A DNA stretch of 32,000 nt from Ferroglobus placidus DSM 10642 (GCF_000025505.1 NC_013849.1:1230001-1262000); one strand, 5' to 3'; shown: positions 1 through 9,001, numbered from the stretch's first letter. Notes: generated by a model from the letters alone, not told the origin. Translations and numbers: made by a program.

Positions 1-1135
1 CCAGAATTACGAACGGCAAAGCCATTATTGCTAGAGCTATGCTGAGACTTTCTGGACCAAAGACGGGCATTATGTAGTAGGAGTACCCCATGTAGGTCTT
101 TGAAAGGATCTGTCCCCCAATTACGACGTTCCACCTCATAGCGAATACTCCTATGAGTGTTAGAACTGTAGCGAAGATGTAGAGGTACTTTCTGACGTTG
201 AACTTGAATATTCCGGTCTTTGCTATTAGCAGGAGAATTATTGGCACGAGAGTTCCGAAGAATATCTGAATTATTACGAACGAAACGAATATTTTGTCGG
301 AGATTAATGTGACTATTGCGTCAAATCCCTCTTCTTGGGTGTAGAAGATGTGTATGAGCTCCATAGCCTCAAGACCGAGGTCGAGGATGTAGCTGTAGAG
401 CAGATATCCGGCTAAAGTGTCAGTACAAGCTTTATCAGGCTCTACTCCTCTTATATAACTGCTTGCAATGTAGATCAGAAGGACCAAGGCAATTCCGGAA
501 ACCATAGCCGAGAAGAGGAAAATTATCGGCATCAGTGGCGAACTCCACCATATGTTTGCTTTTACACTACCAAAGATAAATCCAACGTAACCGTGTAGAA
601 GCGCTGCCGATGGCAAACCGACTATAGTTACAATATTGACGACCCTTTGATCGGCTTTTAAAGCTTCTTCGCTGTCGTCCCACTCTCCGAGGGTGAGAAC
701 TCTGTATATGAACCCACGAATTCCCTTGTACTCTTTAGCCCACCTGATGATATCCCTCCTGTAATCGTAGTAGATTTCCGTGAGAAGAACGATTAGTAAA
801 TACCAGGCGTAAACGAAGCCGAAACCAGCCATCGCTGAAGTTAGGTGCGGTGTAGTCATGATCTCAAAAGCTCTCTCCGGTCGTCCAAGGTGGGCGACGA
901 GTGGGAGTGGTGCGCAAAGGAGGAATGCTAATGCTGTTAGCAAAGCAAGTCTGTAAGTTGGTTTCACAGCCTCAACTTTGAAAATTCTTTCGAGCGAGGC
1001 GACTATGAAAGCTCCTGCCACCAATCCCGTGATGTAGGGATAGACGGCTATGAGAACACTCCAGTTAATTTCCACCTCGTTGGGATAAATGAATCCTTCA
1101 ACGTGCTTTAACGCCTCCCAAAGAATCTCGCTCAT
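1..1135 (-). CDS. NrfD/PsrC-family polytopic membrane quinone-interacting subunit (partial, runs off left edge)
   Basis: Open minus-strand frame starting ATG at 1135 (MSEILWEALKHVEGFIYPNEVEINWSVLIAVYPYITGLVAGAFIVASLERIF...), many TM segments, directly downstream of the ferredoxin subunit. Absent from the supplied ORF track, probably because it has no stop inside the window. Confidence 0.8.
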   Translation of the reverse strand, partial: MSEILWEALKHVEGFIYPNEVEINWSVLIAVYPYITGLVAGAFIVASLERIFKVEAVKPTYRLALLTALAFLLCAPLPLVAHLGRPERAFEIMTTPHLTSAMAGFGFVYAWYLLIVLLTEIYYDYRRDIIRWAKEYKGIRGFIYRVLTLGEWDDSEEALKADQRVVNIVTIVGLPSAALLHGYVGFIFGSVKANIWWSSPLMPIIFLFSAMVSGIALVLLIYIASSYIRGVEPDKACTDTLAGYLLYSYILDLGLEAMELIHIFYTQEEGFDAIVTLISDKIFVSFVIIQIFFGTLVPIILLLIAKTGIFKFNVRKYLYIFATVLTLIGVFAMRWNVVIGGQILSKTYMGYSYYIMPVFGPESLSIALAIMALPFVIL

Positions 1136-1891
1136 TTATCTCACCTCTGAGTCGAGACCGATGTAAAACACCTTAGGCTTCGTTCCCATTTCAGGCTTTA
1201 AAACCTGAATTCTGTTCTCTTCCAGAATCTTATGGATCTCATCATTGGGATCTTTAAGATCTCCGAACTTTCTTGCTTGAGTCGGACAAACTTCAACACA
1301 TGCTGGCTTATATCCTTTCGTTACTCTGTGGTAGCACCACGTGCATTTGTCAGCAGTTCCCCTTCTGCTCTCTCTCGGACCATCAAAAGGATACAGATAT
1401 CGAGCTCCGTAAGGGCAGGCTTGAATGCAGTATCTGCAGCCTATGCAGTATTTCTCATCAACCAGAATCACACCATCTTTTGTTTTGTACGTCGCTCCAA
1501 CTGGACACACCTGAACGCATGGCGGACGGTCGCAGTGGTTGCAGAGCTTTGGAACGAAGTAGGACTTTGCTATAGCCCTCTCGTCGTAAATTGTCGGAAA
1601 GCCCTCCATACCTCCGTTGGGAGAGTCAACTTTCGGCTCCTTCTCTTCCTTCAACCAAACCCATCTCTCAACCCATGTTCTGAAGTAAAAGGGAAGCATC
1701 GGAACCTCGTTTTCTATTTTACAAGCCCTTACGCACCTTCCACAGCCAATGCACTTCCTCGTATCCACAACGAACGCGTAGTAGTGTGCGTTCCAGTCGT
1801 AGTCTTCGGTTGGTTCCGCAAAAGCTCTCCTTTTTATTCCGAAAATCCCGAATAAAGCTGTGAGAGCGAGCAAGAACTTCCTCCTCTTCAT
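1136..1891 (-). CDS. Tat-exported 4Fe-4S ferredoxin-like subunit (DmsB/PsrB/TtrB type)
   Basis: N-terminal MKRRKFLLALTALFG Tat-like signal; repeated CxxCxxCxxxC motifs (CIGCGRCVRAC, CNHCDRPPCVQVC, CIGCRYCIQAC, CTWC). Confidence 0.88.
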   Translation of the reverse strand: MKRRKFLLALTALFGIFGIKRRAFAEPTEDYDWNAHYYAFVVDTRKCIGCGRCVRACKIENEVPMLPFYFRTWVERWVWLKEEKEPKVDSPNGGMEGFPTIYDERAIAKSYFVPKLCNHCDRPPCVQVCPVGATYKTKDGVILVDEKYCIGCRYCIQACPYGARYLYPFDGPRESRRGTADKCTWCYHRVTKGYKPACVEVCPTQARKFGDLKDPNDEIHKILEENRIQVLKPEMGTKPKVFYIGLDSEVR

Positions 1892-2367
1892 TCAGTCACA
1901 CCTCCCTTGAACACCCACGGCGAATGCGGATCGTGACACTCTACGCACATTCTACCGTATCCGTGCTCGTCGGTAAACTTCTGCGGAAAACCGGCTGGAC
2001 GAGTGGGATTGTATTCGTGGCAAAGCTTACAGAGCTCCCTCGTCGTGTCTACAGTTGGATGGTACTTTTTCGGGTCCTTTACGTGCTTCATACTCGGTCC
2101 GTGGCAAGTTTCGCAGCTAAGAGTTCTGTGTGCTCCGTTTTCAAGAAAATCGTACCTTTCTTTGTGGCAATCAGCGCACATTTCCTTCGTTGCAAACTTC
2201 ATATCGAGCTGCATGATCTCTCTGACCGAATCTCCTCTAAACCATCTATACGTGTAGTCGTCCGTGAATTCTCCAAATGTCGGAGGTACTATGAAACTCC
2301 TAACTATCAGGAAGATTAGTATCGCCGATAGATACAGCGTTAAAGCCTTTGCGTGTATTCTCCTCAC
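1888..2367 (-). CDS. membrane-anchored tetraheme c-type cytochrome
   Basis: N-terminal TM segment plus four CxxCH motifs (CADCH, CETCH, CKLCH, CVECH); 4-nt overlap with the downstream FeS gene. Confidence 0.85.
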   Translation of the reverse strand: MRRIHAKALTLYLSAILIFLIVRSFIVPPTFGEFTDDYTYRWFRGDSVREIMQLDMKFATKEMCADCHKERYDFLENGAHRTLSCETCHGPSMKHVKDPKKYHPTVDTTRELCKLCHEYNPTRPAGFPQKFTDEHGYGRMCVECHDPHSPWVFKGGVTE

Positions 2368-2554
2368 GATTTCACCTCCAATTAAAAATAACCTACCTTA
2401 AACCCGATCTTATGTATATTAATCTTTTCATTTTCGAGTTTCATACTTTAGAAAGCCGGAAACTAAAAAATATTTTTATTTTAAGTTCTTATTTTAAAGT
2501 GTTTGAAAATTTGCAAAAAAGGGTTAAGCGAGATTTAAAAATTAAATTTGAAAA

Positions 2555-2893
2555 TCAGTCCGCTCTTATCTCCGCCCACTTGTCCTCGCTTTCGTAAACT
2601 CTAACTCTGACAACGCTCAGTCCGCGATCTTTCAACCTTCTGAAGATCTCAAGACAGATGTTTTCGGAGGTCGGAATTTCAATTATCTCGTTAATTATCC
2701 TGTGGTCGAACTCCTTAAGAACTTCTTTCAACTCCTTTTTTAAGTCGAGGAAGTCCATAACCATTCCGTTCTCCTTTACTTCCCCTTCAATTTCCACCTC
2801 AACTTTGAAGTTATGTCCGTGGATCTTGCCACACTTCCAGTGTTCGGGAATGTAGTGAGCGGCGCTAAACACCTCGCTTACTCCGATCCTCAT
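2555..2893 (-). CDS. queD: 6-carboxytetrahydropterin synthase (QueD / PTPS family)
   Basis: MRIGVSEVFSAAHYIPEHWKCGKIHGHNFKVEVEIEG and late FDHRIINE...PTSENICLEIF motifs; start trimmed from the ORF-track version; overlaps the queE stop by one base (TAATG). Confidence 0.88.
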   Translation of the reverse strand: MRIGVSEVFSAAHYIPEHWKCGKIHGHNFKVEVEIEGEVKENGMVMDFLDLKKELKEVLKEFDHRIINEIIEIPTSENICLEIFRRLKDRGLSVVRVRVYESEDKWAEIRAD

Positions 2894-3567
2894 TACCTCA
2901 CCCCCAGATACTTGTGGACTTGAGGAATTATTCTTGCGTCGCTGAATTCGAGAATCGCTTCCTGCAATTTTAAAATGTTTTCCCCGAACGTTCCGAAGAC
3001 CGGCTGGAGCACGAAACACCTGACGTAATCTTTAATTTCCATCGCTGAATTTAACACTTCCTCGAAATTGAACTTCGGTGGAAGAACTATCTTGCAGAAG
3101 GTTACTCTCTTTCTCGTGTCTCTCAGAATTTTGTAACACTTTACGGTCCTTTCGAAAACCTCATCGTAATTTTCCACAGCCTCTCTAACCTTTAAATCTC
3201 CAGCAACTACGTCGAAAAACCTGACCTTCTTCGCTTTCTCTGGGAGAGTCATGTTTGATTCGAGGTAAAACTTCTTGGTTTTTTTGAGACTGGCTATGAA
3301 ATCTGCGTAAAGCAAAGGCTCTCCTCCCGTGAACGAAACGGAGTGGATTCTCTCGCTTTCGTCTATTATTCTCTGCACATAATCCAATTCTACGGGATTT
3401 TTTCTCACCTCGTTGTAAGCGTAGTTAACGCAATCCTCGTTGTAAGTTGTGTCGCAGTAGTAGCAGTTTAGGTTGCACCCGTAGAATCTGATGAAGAGCT
3501 GCCTAACGCCGCAGAAAATTCCCTCTCCTTGAATTGAGTAAAAAATCTCACTGATTTTTGCCTTCAT
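2893..3567 (-). CDS. queE: 7-carboxy-7-deazaguanine synthase (radical SAM, QueE)
   Basis: EIFYSIQGEGIFCGVRQLFIRFYGCNLNCYYCDTTYN and VSFTGGEPLLY motifs. Confidence 0.9.
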   Translation of the reverse strand: MKAKISEIFYSIQGEGIFCGVRQLFIRFYGCNLNCYYCDTTYNEDCVNYAYNEVRKNPVELDYVQRIIDESERIHSVSFTGGEPLLYADFIASLKKTKKFYLESNMTLPEKAKKVRFFDVVAGDLKVREAVENYDEVFERTVKCYKILRDTRKRVTFCKIVLPPKFNFEEVLNSAMEIKDYVRCFVLQPVFGTFGENILKLQEAILEFSDARIIPQVHKYLGVR

Positions 3568-4279
3568 ACTCTTTCTTCTTCTCCTCGTAAATCTTTACAG
3601 CCCTCTCCCATTCTTCATCGCTCAAAAGCGGATCTTTAGCGTCGTTTAGAAGAAACGCTTCGGTCCTTTCCAAGCAGGTTCCGCAGCTAAGGCAAGGTCT
3701 CTCTCCTCCTTCGTAGCAGCTCCAAGTGTGTTCGTAGGGAACTTTAAGCTCCAAGCCGAGCTTGACGATCTCAGCTTTAGTCATGTCGACGAAGGGAGCG
3801 CGAAGCTCCACTGGCGTCCAGAGGTTCCCGAGGTATAAAGCTGTGTCCAACGCTTTTACGAACTCTTTTCTGCAGTCCGGATATACGCTGTAATCGCTTT
3901 TGTGAGCGGCGTAAAAAACTTCTGCCGCTCCAATTTTGACCGCATATCCGGCAGCTATCGAAAGTAATATCATGTTCCTGTTCGGGACGATCGTTCTTCT
4001 CTGAACTTCTTCCGTGTAAAAAGCTTTAGGCACGTCCTCATCCGAAGTCAACGCTCCTTTGGCTATGAGCTCGTGGATGGAAGAGATGTCAACAACTTTA
4101 TGCTCGACTTTTCCAACTTTTTTGGCTTCTTCAACTATCCTCTTCGAATACTCTATCTCTTTAGAGTGCCTCTGCCCGTAGTAAAAAGTTAGAGCGTGAA
4201 CCTCGTATCCCTTCTTCAATAGGTAATAGAGCAGAGTTGAGCTGTCTATCCCTCCGCTTAGTATGAGCACCCCTCTCAT
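3548..4279 (-). CDS. queC: 7-cyano-7-deazaguanine synthase (QueC)
   Basis: N-terminal ILSGGIDSSTLLYYL PP-loop; C-terminal zinc cysteines CYEGGERPCLSCGTCLER. Confidence 0.93.
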   Translation of the reverse strand: MRGVLILSGGIDSSTLLYYLLKKGYEVHALTFYYGQRHSKEIEYSKRIVEEAKKVGKVEHKVVDISSIHELIAKGALTSDEDVPKAFYTEEVQRRTIVPNRNMILLSIAAGYAVKIGAAEVFYAAHKSDYSVYPDCRKEFVKALDTALYLGNLWTPVELRAPFVDMTKAEIVKLGLELKVPYEHTWSCYEGGERPCLSCGTCLERTEAFLLNDAKDPLLSDEEWERAVKIYEEKKKEYEGKNQ

Positions 4280-4282
4280 GCT

Positions 4283-4579
4283 TCACCTCCTGATTCTGTA
4301 CTTTTTGAATCCGAGGGAAGTTAAAGCTTTGCACCAAAGCTCAACTTCTTCTTTCACTCTCTCGTCGATAAAGCACACTCCGCTTTCGTCGATAAAAGCA
4401 GCGAGCTCATCGTCGAGGTAAAAAGAAATTCTCTTGTTTTCAATTCTGATTTCGATCGGTTCGTCGTAGATGATTAGAGCGTCTCCTATTTTTACCGCTT
4501 TTTCTCCGAGTATTTTTTCGAGAACCTCTTTTCTTTCCGAGATTTTTTTATAAACCTCTCTCCAGTCCACAAGAAACAT
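4283..4579 (-). CDS. conserved hypothetical small protein, first gene of the que cluster
   Basis: 98-aa ORF 3 nt upstream of queC, same strand. Confidence 0.6.
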   Translation of the reverse strand: MFLVDWREVYKKISERKEVLEKILGEKAVKIGDALIIYDEPIEIRIENKRISFYLDDELAAFIDESGVCFIDERVKEEVELWCKALTSLGFKKYRIRR

Positions 4580-4619
4580 CTTTGCAAAGATTTAAAAGTT
4601 GTTGTCGCTTCGAGCTGCT

Positions 4620-5747
4620 ATGGATGTGGTCGTTGCTGGAGTTGGTGTTGCCGGAAGCTTCGCTCTACATTACCTCCCGAAAAATTTTGAAGTTGTCGGA
4701 ATAGACAAAAGAACTAAACTCGGTTATCCGGTGGAGTGCGGAGAAATCGTTCCCGTTAAAAAGGAAATGAAAGCTCTTCTACCGAATCTGGACGATTACT
4801 CCATCTTCGAAATTCCGAAAAAGTTCGAGAGCAACAGGACGAGGTGGATGAAATTCGTCCTTCCAAATGGTAGAGAGATAGATGTCGAGTTCGAAATGCA
4901 CGTAATAAGGAGAGACGAGATGATCAGAACGTTGGCTGAAAACTCCGGGCATAGGCTAATTCTCGGAAAGACGTTCGATTTTGACGGTGATATCATTGTG
5001 GAGGGGAGAAGACTCGAAAGCAAAGTCATCATTGGCTCCGATGGAGCTAATTCGAGGATAAGGAGAAGACTCGGCTTAAAATTCGAAATCTCTCCGGCAA
5101 AGCAGTACGTAGTTAGGGGATTTGAGGGAGAGGAGGATACGATATACATGTACGTGGGAAAGAAAATTGCCGCCGGAGGCTACGCGTGGATAATCCCTAA
5201 AGGAGATAGTGTAGCTAACGTTGGGACTGGATTTAGAGCGGAATACGCTGAGAAAGGAGATAACATTCACAAAGCTCTCGATAGGTTTTTGAGAGAGTAT
5301 CCTTACAGCAGCAGGATGCTTAAAAAAGCTGAGATAATTCAGAAAATTGGAGCAGTCGTCCCTATCGACTTGCCGGTGAAAAGCGTTCACGGAAAAGTGA
5401 TTTTATCAGGAGATTCGGCGAGCATGATAATAAGTCACGTCGGAGCCGGCATCCCTCCTTCCATGGTCGCTGGAAAGATCGCTGCTGAGGTCGTTACGGA
5501 ATTCCTTAACGGAAGTGTAGAGCTTGAGGAATACGAGAGGAGGTGGAAGGATGCTATGTACGACGTCATGGTTAGAAGTAACTACTTAAAAAGGATGTGG
5601 GATAAAATAGCTGAGAGAGACGAGAGAGTGAACAAGCTCTTCAGAATCGTAAGCGAAAAAGATATGAGCGCAATTTTGCGAGCTAAAATTCCAATGAAAA
5701 TTAAATTTGCATCCATTTTACTTCCCGTAGTTACGACATTTTTGTAA
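4620..5747 (+). CDS. geranylgeranyl reductase family FAD-dependent oxidoreductase
   Basis: MDVVVAGVGVAGSFALHYLPKNFEVVGIDKRTKLGYPVECGE FAD-binding start, later GDSASMIISHVGAGIPPSMVAGKIAAE; TATA-like TTTAAAA about 27 nt upstream of the chosen start. Confidence 0.85.
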   Translation: MDVVVAGVGVAGSFALHYLPKNFEVVGIDKRTKLGYPVECGEIVPVKKEMKALLPNLDDYSIFEIPKKFESNRTRWMKFVLPNGREIDVEFEMHVIRRDEMIRTLAENSGHRLILGKTFDFDGDIIVEGRRLESKVIIGSDGANSRIRRRLGLKFEISPAKQYVVRGFEGEEDTIYMYVGKKIAAGGYAWIIPKGDSVANVGTGFRAEYAEKGDNIHKALDRFLREYPYSSRMLKKAEIIQKIGAVVPIDLPVKSVHGKVILSGDSASMIISHVGAGIPPSMVAGKIAAEVVTEFLNGSVELEEYERRWKDAMYDVMVRSNYLKRMWDKIAERDERVNKLFRIVSEKDMSAILRAKIPMKIKFASILLPVVTTFL

Positions 5748-5800
5748 GAAAAACTTTTAATGAAACTCTCGGATAGTAGAAAAATATTCGGGTGATAAAT

Positions 5801-6262
5801 ATGAGCCTTGAAAAAATGTTTCTCCACGAAAAAGTCGTGGACATCCTTCTGAAGATCCTTGAAGTTGAAAAGAGCGGGAAAGTGCCGTATCCGCTGAAAA
5901 TTTCGAAAGAGGTAGGTTCTCCGTACAGCTACATTTCCAAGGTCCTCAGCGAATTCGAAAAGCACGCGCTCATAGAGAGCGAGATGAAGGGGAGGAAGAG
6001 GACTGTAAAGCTCACGGAAGACGGCAGAAGAGTGGCTGAACTTCTGCAAAAGCTTAAAGAAGAATTAAAAAAGGACTTCGTCGCAAGGAAAAAGCTCGCG
6101 ATACTGAACTCATTCGTTCAGAGCTTGAACGGCTCGAACGTTAAAGAGGAGACGGTGTTGCCTCTCTTAGCTGAGGTGAGAAATTTAAAGAATACCGATG
6201 ACTTGGAAGTTAAGGAGAAAGCTGAAAGCCTCGAAAAATCGTTAATGGAGATGCTCAAATGA
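5801..6262 (+). CDS. winged-helix DNA-binding protein
   Basis: VPYPLKISKEVGSPYSYISKVLSEFEKHALIESEMKGRKRTVKLTEDGRRVAE wHTH pattern. Confidence 0.75.
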   Translation: MSLEKMFLHEKVVDILLKILEVEKSGKVPYPLKISKEVGSPYSYISKVLSEFEKHALIESEMKGRKRTVKLTEDGRRVAELLQKLKEELKKDFVARKKLAILNSFVQSLNGSNVKEETVLPLLAEVRNLKNTDDLEVKEKAESLEKSLMEMLK

Positions 6263-7458
6263 TGGAGAAAATTTTTGAAAGAGTTGAGAGTTACAGAGAC
6301 TTTTCCGTAGAAGTTCTTTCTAAGCTAATCGAAATAAAAGCTCTCTCTCCAGAAAACGGAGGGGATGGAGAGTACGAAAAAGCTGAATACGTCGAATCTC
6401 TCCTCGAAAACTTAAAGGTTAGGAGGTACGACGCTAAGGATGACAGAGTAAGCTCTGGAGTTCGACCCAACATAGTGGCTGAGCTTGAGGGGGAAGAGAA
6501 GAGAAGGCTCTGGATCGTCACGCACCTCGATGTCGTTCCGGAGGGAGACATTTCTCTGTGGGAGAGCGATCCGTTCAAAGCTGTTTACAAGGACGGCAAA
6601 GTCTATGGAAGGGGGAGCGAAGATAACGGGCAGAGCTTGGTCGGTTCGATAATAGCTGCTAAAGCTCTGATAGATCTTGAAATCACTCCAAAGTTAACAT
6701 TGTCCTTAGCCTTCGTTTCCGATGAAGAGACCGGAAGCAGGTACGGAATTCAGCATTTAATAAACTTGGGCGTTTTTCGCAAAGACGATCTAATTCTCGT
6801 CCCCGACGCCGGTTTTCCGAAGGGAGATAAAATAGAGATTGCGGAGAAAAACATCCTATGGTTGAAGATTACGGTTTTAGGAAAGCAAGGACATGCGAGC
6901 AGACCCGATTTGTGTAAAAATGCGAACAGAAAGGCAATGCAGCTGCTCGTCGAACTCGATAAAGAGTTGCATAAGAAGTTTTCTAAGAGAAACGACCTGT
7001 TTAACCCTCCTTATTCTACCTTCGAGCCTACGAAGAGGGAGAAAAATGTAGATAACATAAACACGATTCCGGGGAGAGACGTTAGCTACATAGACTGTCG
7101 AATTTTGCCGGAGTATAAGAACGAGGAAGTGATCGAATTCGTTAAAGAATTCGTTGAGAAAAGAAAGGAAGACTTTGAAGTTTTCGTCGACGTAGTTCAG
7201 GATGAGAGTTCCCCTCCAACGAAAGAAGACAGCGAGATCGTTCAGAGATTGATGAGGGCGATAAAAGTTGCGAGAAATATAGATGCCAAGCTTTGCGGAA
7301 TCGGAGGGAATACTTGTGCAGCTTTCTTCAGAAAAGCAGGGTTTGAAACAGCTGTCTGGAGCACGACGGACGGAAAAGCTCACGAGCCGAACGAATATGC
7401 GAAAATAGACAACCTGATAGAAGACGCCAAGGTTTTCGCTTTGCTGCCAGTTTTATGA
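6259..7458 (+). CDS. M20-family metallopeptidase (ArgE/DapE type)
   Basis: WIVTHLDVVPEGD, YGRGSEDNGQSLVGSI, VSDEETGSRYGIQHLI, IGGNTCAAFFRKAGFETAVWSTTDGKAHEPNEY; ATGA overlap with the upstream regulator. Confidence 0.88.
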   Translation: MMEKIFERVESYRDFSVEVLSKLIEIKALSPENGGDGEYEKAEYVESLLENLKVRRYDAKDDRVSSGVRPNIVAELEGEEKRRLWIVTHLDVVPEGDISLWESDPFKAVYKDGKVYGRGSEDNGQSLVGSIIAAKALIDLEITPKLTLSLAFVSDEETGSRYGIQHLINLGVFRKDDLILVPDAGFPKGDKIEIAEKNILWLKITVLGKQGHASRPDLCKNANRKAMQLLVELDKELHKKFSKRNDLFNPPYSTFEPTKREKNVDNINTIPGRDVSYIDCRILPEYKNEEVIEFVKEFVEKRKEDFEVFVDVVQDESSPPTKEDSEIVQRLMRAIKVARNIDAKLCGIGGNTCAAFFRKAGFETAVWSTTDGKAHEPNEYAKIDNLIEDAKVFALLPVL

Positions 7459-7465
7459 GAAAAAC

Positions 7466-7524
7466 TGTAGCTCCGCCAACCGACCCGTGCTCATGCTTGT
7501 CACACGGGCGTGAGAGGCGGAGCC
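7466..7524 (-). ncRNA. candidate archaeal H/ACA-box guide sRNA (single hairpin with K-loop and ACA box)
   Basis: Minus strand: GGCTCCGCC-TCTCAC-GCCCGTG-TGACAAGCATGAG-CACGGGT-CGGTT-GGCGGAGCT-ACA. 9-bp lower stem, internal guide pocket, 7-bp upper stem (incl. G.U), K-loop-like UGA...GAG tip allowing tandem G.A pairs, ACA directly after the stem and 14 nt from the pocket top, then TTTTT. TATA element about 26 nt upstream of the first G. Confidence 0.8.
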
Positions 7525-7546
7525 AATATAATTTCTGTTCTCCAAC

Positions 7547-7552
7547 TATAAA
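7547..7552 (-). promoter_or_regulatory. TATA box for the H/ACA-like sRNA
   Basis: TTTATA on minus strand centred about 26 nt before the G at 7524 that opens the structured RNA. Confidence 0.6.
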
Positions 7553-7568
7553 TGTTTTTCCTCGAATT

Positions 7569-7718
7569 TCAAGCTGAAAACTTCTTTAAAGTTCTTAGAA
7601 TTCTTTCTATCGCCCCTGCAAGCTCTACGTAAAATATAATCGCAAAAATAACGAGCTTGTATGCGTTGCCGAGCCTAACTTTTTGCGGTAGCAGAATAAT
7701 CAGCACGAGAAGCGGCAA
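7569..7718 (-). CDS. possible small membrane protein (49 aa, TTG start)
   Basis: Frame LPLLVLIILLPQKVRLGNAYKLVIFAIIFYVELAGAIERILRTLKKFSA*, one or two hydrophobic segments; only a TTG start is available. Confidence 0.3.
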   Translation of the reverse strand: MPLLVLIILLPQKVRLGNAYKLVIFAIIFYVELAGAIERILRTLKKFSA

Positions 7719-7827
7719 ATAAAGATACTTTCAGCGATGTTTTCATAGCACTAAATTCTTAAAACAGTTTAATAAACGTTGTCGAAAGGATTTTAGAGGA
7801 AGTTAAACTCGCTTAAAATTGCTGGGC

Positions 7828-7854
7828 AAACTCGTTACGATGAGCGAGTTTTTT
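7828..7854 (+). terminator. hairpin followed by T-run (terminator-like or end of an unannotated short transcript)
   Basis: AAACTCG-ttacgatgag-CGAGTTT followed by Ts (six-T run 7849-7854). Confidence 0.4.
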
Positions 7855-7911
7855 ATGGATCTACAAATCGCTTTAAACCCGTTAAATTCGACGAACGTCG
7901 ATACCAGAAAG

Positions 7912-7920
7912 TATTTAAAA
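7912..7920 (+). promoter_or_regulatory. TATA box for radA
   Basis: TATTTAAAA centred about 28 nt upstream of the radA ATG, implying a near-leaderless mRNA. Confidence 0.6.
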
Positions 7921-7943
7921 AACTCGATTGAAGCTTATGCAAT

Positions 7944-8966
7944 ATGGCTAAGAATAACAAGAAGGAAGAGAAGAACGAAAAAAACGAAGAATTGGTTGAG
8001 GAGTCGTTTAGGGAAATCGATCTTGAGGAATTGCCTAACGTAGGACCTTCAACAGCCGAAAAATTGAGAGAAGCCGGGTACTCTACGATAGAAGCAATTG
8101 CCGTTGCCTCTCCTCAGGAGTTAAGCTCAGCAGCTGACATTCCTGAAAGCACAGCTGCGAAAATAATTGCTGCAGCGAGAAAATTTGCGAACATCGGCGG
8201 ATTCGAAACGGGTTTGACGATCCTCGAAAGGAGGAAAAACATAGGTAAGATAACCACCGGGAGCAAAGCCCTCGACGATTTGCTTGGAGGAGGAGTGGAA
8301 ACTCAGGCTATCACCGAGCTTTTCGGCGAGTTTGGAAGCGGTAAAACTCAGATTTGCCATCAGCTTGCTGTGAACGTTCAGCTTCCAAAGGAAAAGGGTG
8401 GGCTTAACGGAGTTGTGGTGGTCATAGACACCGAAGGAACTTTCAGACCGGAGAGAATAGTTCAGATGGCTAAAGCAAAAGATCTCGATCCGGATGTGGC
8501 GCTGGAAAACATCTACGTTGCTCAGGCTTACAACTCCAATCACCAGATGCTTTTGGTAGACAACGCTAAGGAGTTGGCTAACAAGCTTAGAAAGGAAGGA
8601 AAACACGTGAGGCTGCTCGTTGTTGATTCGCTCACAGCCCACTTCAGAGCGGAGTACATAGGGAGAGGAACCTTGGCTGACAGGCAACAAAAGCTGAACA
8701 GACACCTCCACGATTTGCTTAGATTTGGAGAGTTGTTTAACGCTGCTATTGTCGTTACCAACCAAGTTATGGCTAAGCCGGACCAATTCTTCGGCGATCC
8801 GACGAAACCGGTTGGAGGACATATCGTGGCTCATACAGCGACATTCAGAGTCTATTTGAGGAAGAGTAAAGGCGAGCTGCGAGTTGCGAGGCTTATAGAT
8901 TCTCCACACTTGCCAGAGGCTGAGGCTGTGTTCAAAATAACGGAACGTGGAATAGAGGACAAGTAA
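7944..8966 (+). CDS. radA: DNA repair and recombination protein RadA
   Basis: N-terminal HhH ([24 protein letters not shown]), Walker [72 protein letters not shown]. Confidence 0.97.
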   Translation: MAKNNKKEEKNEKNEELVEESFREIDLEELPNVGPSTAEKLREAGYSTIEAIAVASPQELSSAADIPESTAAKIIAAARKFANIGGFETGLTILERRKNIGKITTGSKALDDLLGGGVETQAITELFGEFGSGKTQICHQLAVNVQLPKEKGGLNGVVVVIDTEGTFRPERIVQMAKAKDLDPDVALENIYVAQAYNSNHQMLLVDNAKELANKLRKEGKHVRLLVVDSLTAHFRAEYIGRGTLADRQQKLNRHLHDLLRFGELFNAAIVVTNQVMAKPDQFFGDPTKPVGGHIVAHTATFRVYLRKSKGELRVARLIDSPHLPEAEAVFKITERGIEDK

Positions 8967-9001
8967 ACTTAATATACTTTTGAAAATCATTGAAATTTGA
9001 C

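Noticed and set aside
1232-2319. Plus-strand ORFs 1232..1855, 1273..1575, 1924..2319 and minus-strand 2003..2257
   Set aside because: They overlap strongly supported FeS-protein and tetraheme-cytochrome genes in other frames, and show no recognisable motifs.
7819-8043. Plus-strand ORF MLGKLVTMSEFFMDLQIALNP...
   Set aside because: Runs through the hairpin/T-run and the radA TATA element into the radA coding region in another frame; translation has no family character.
8127-8990. 287-aa minus-strand ORF antisense to radA
   Set aside because: Shadow ORF opposite the well-conserved radA; its translation is low-complexity Ser/Leu-rich.
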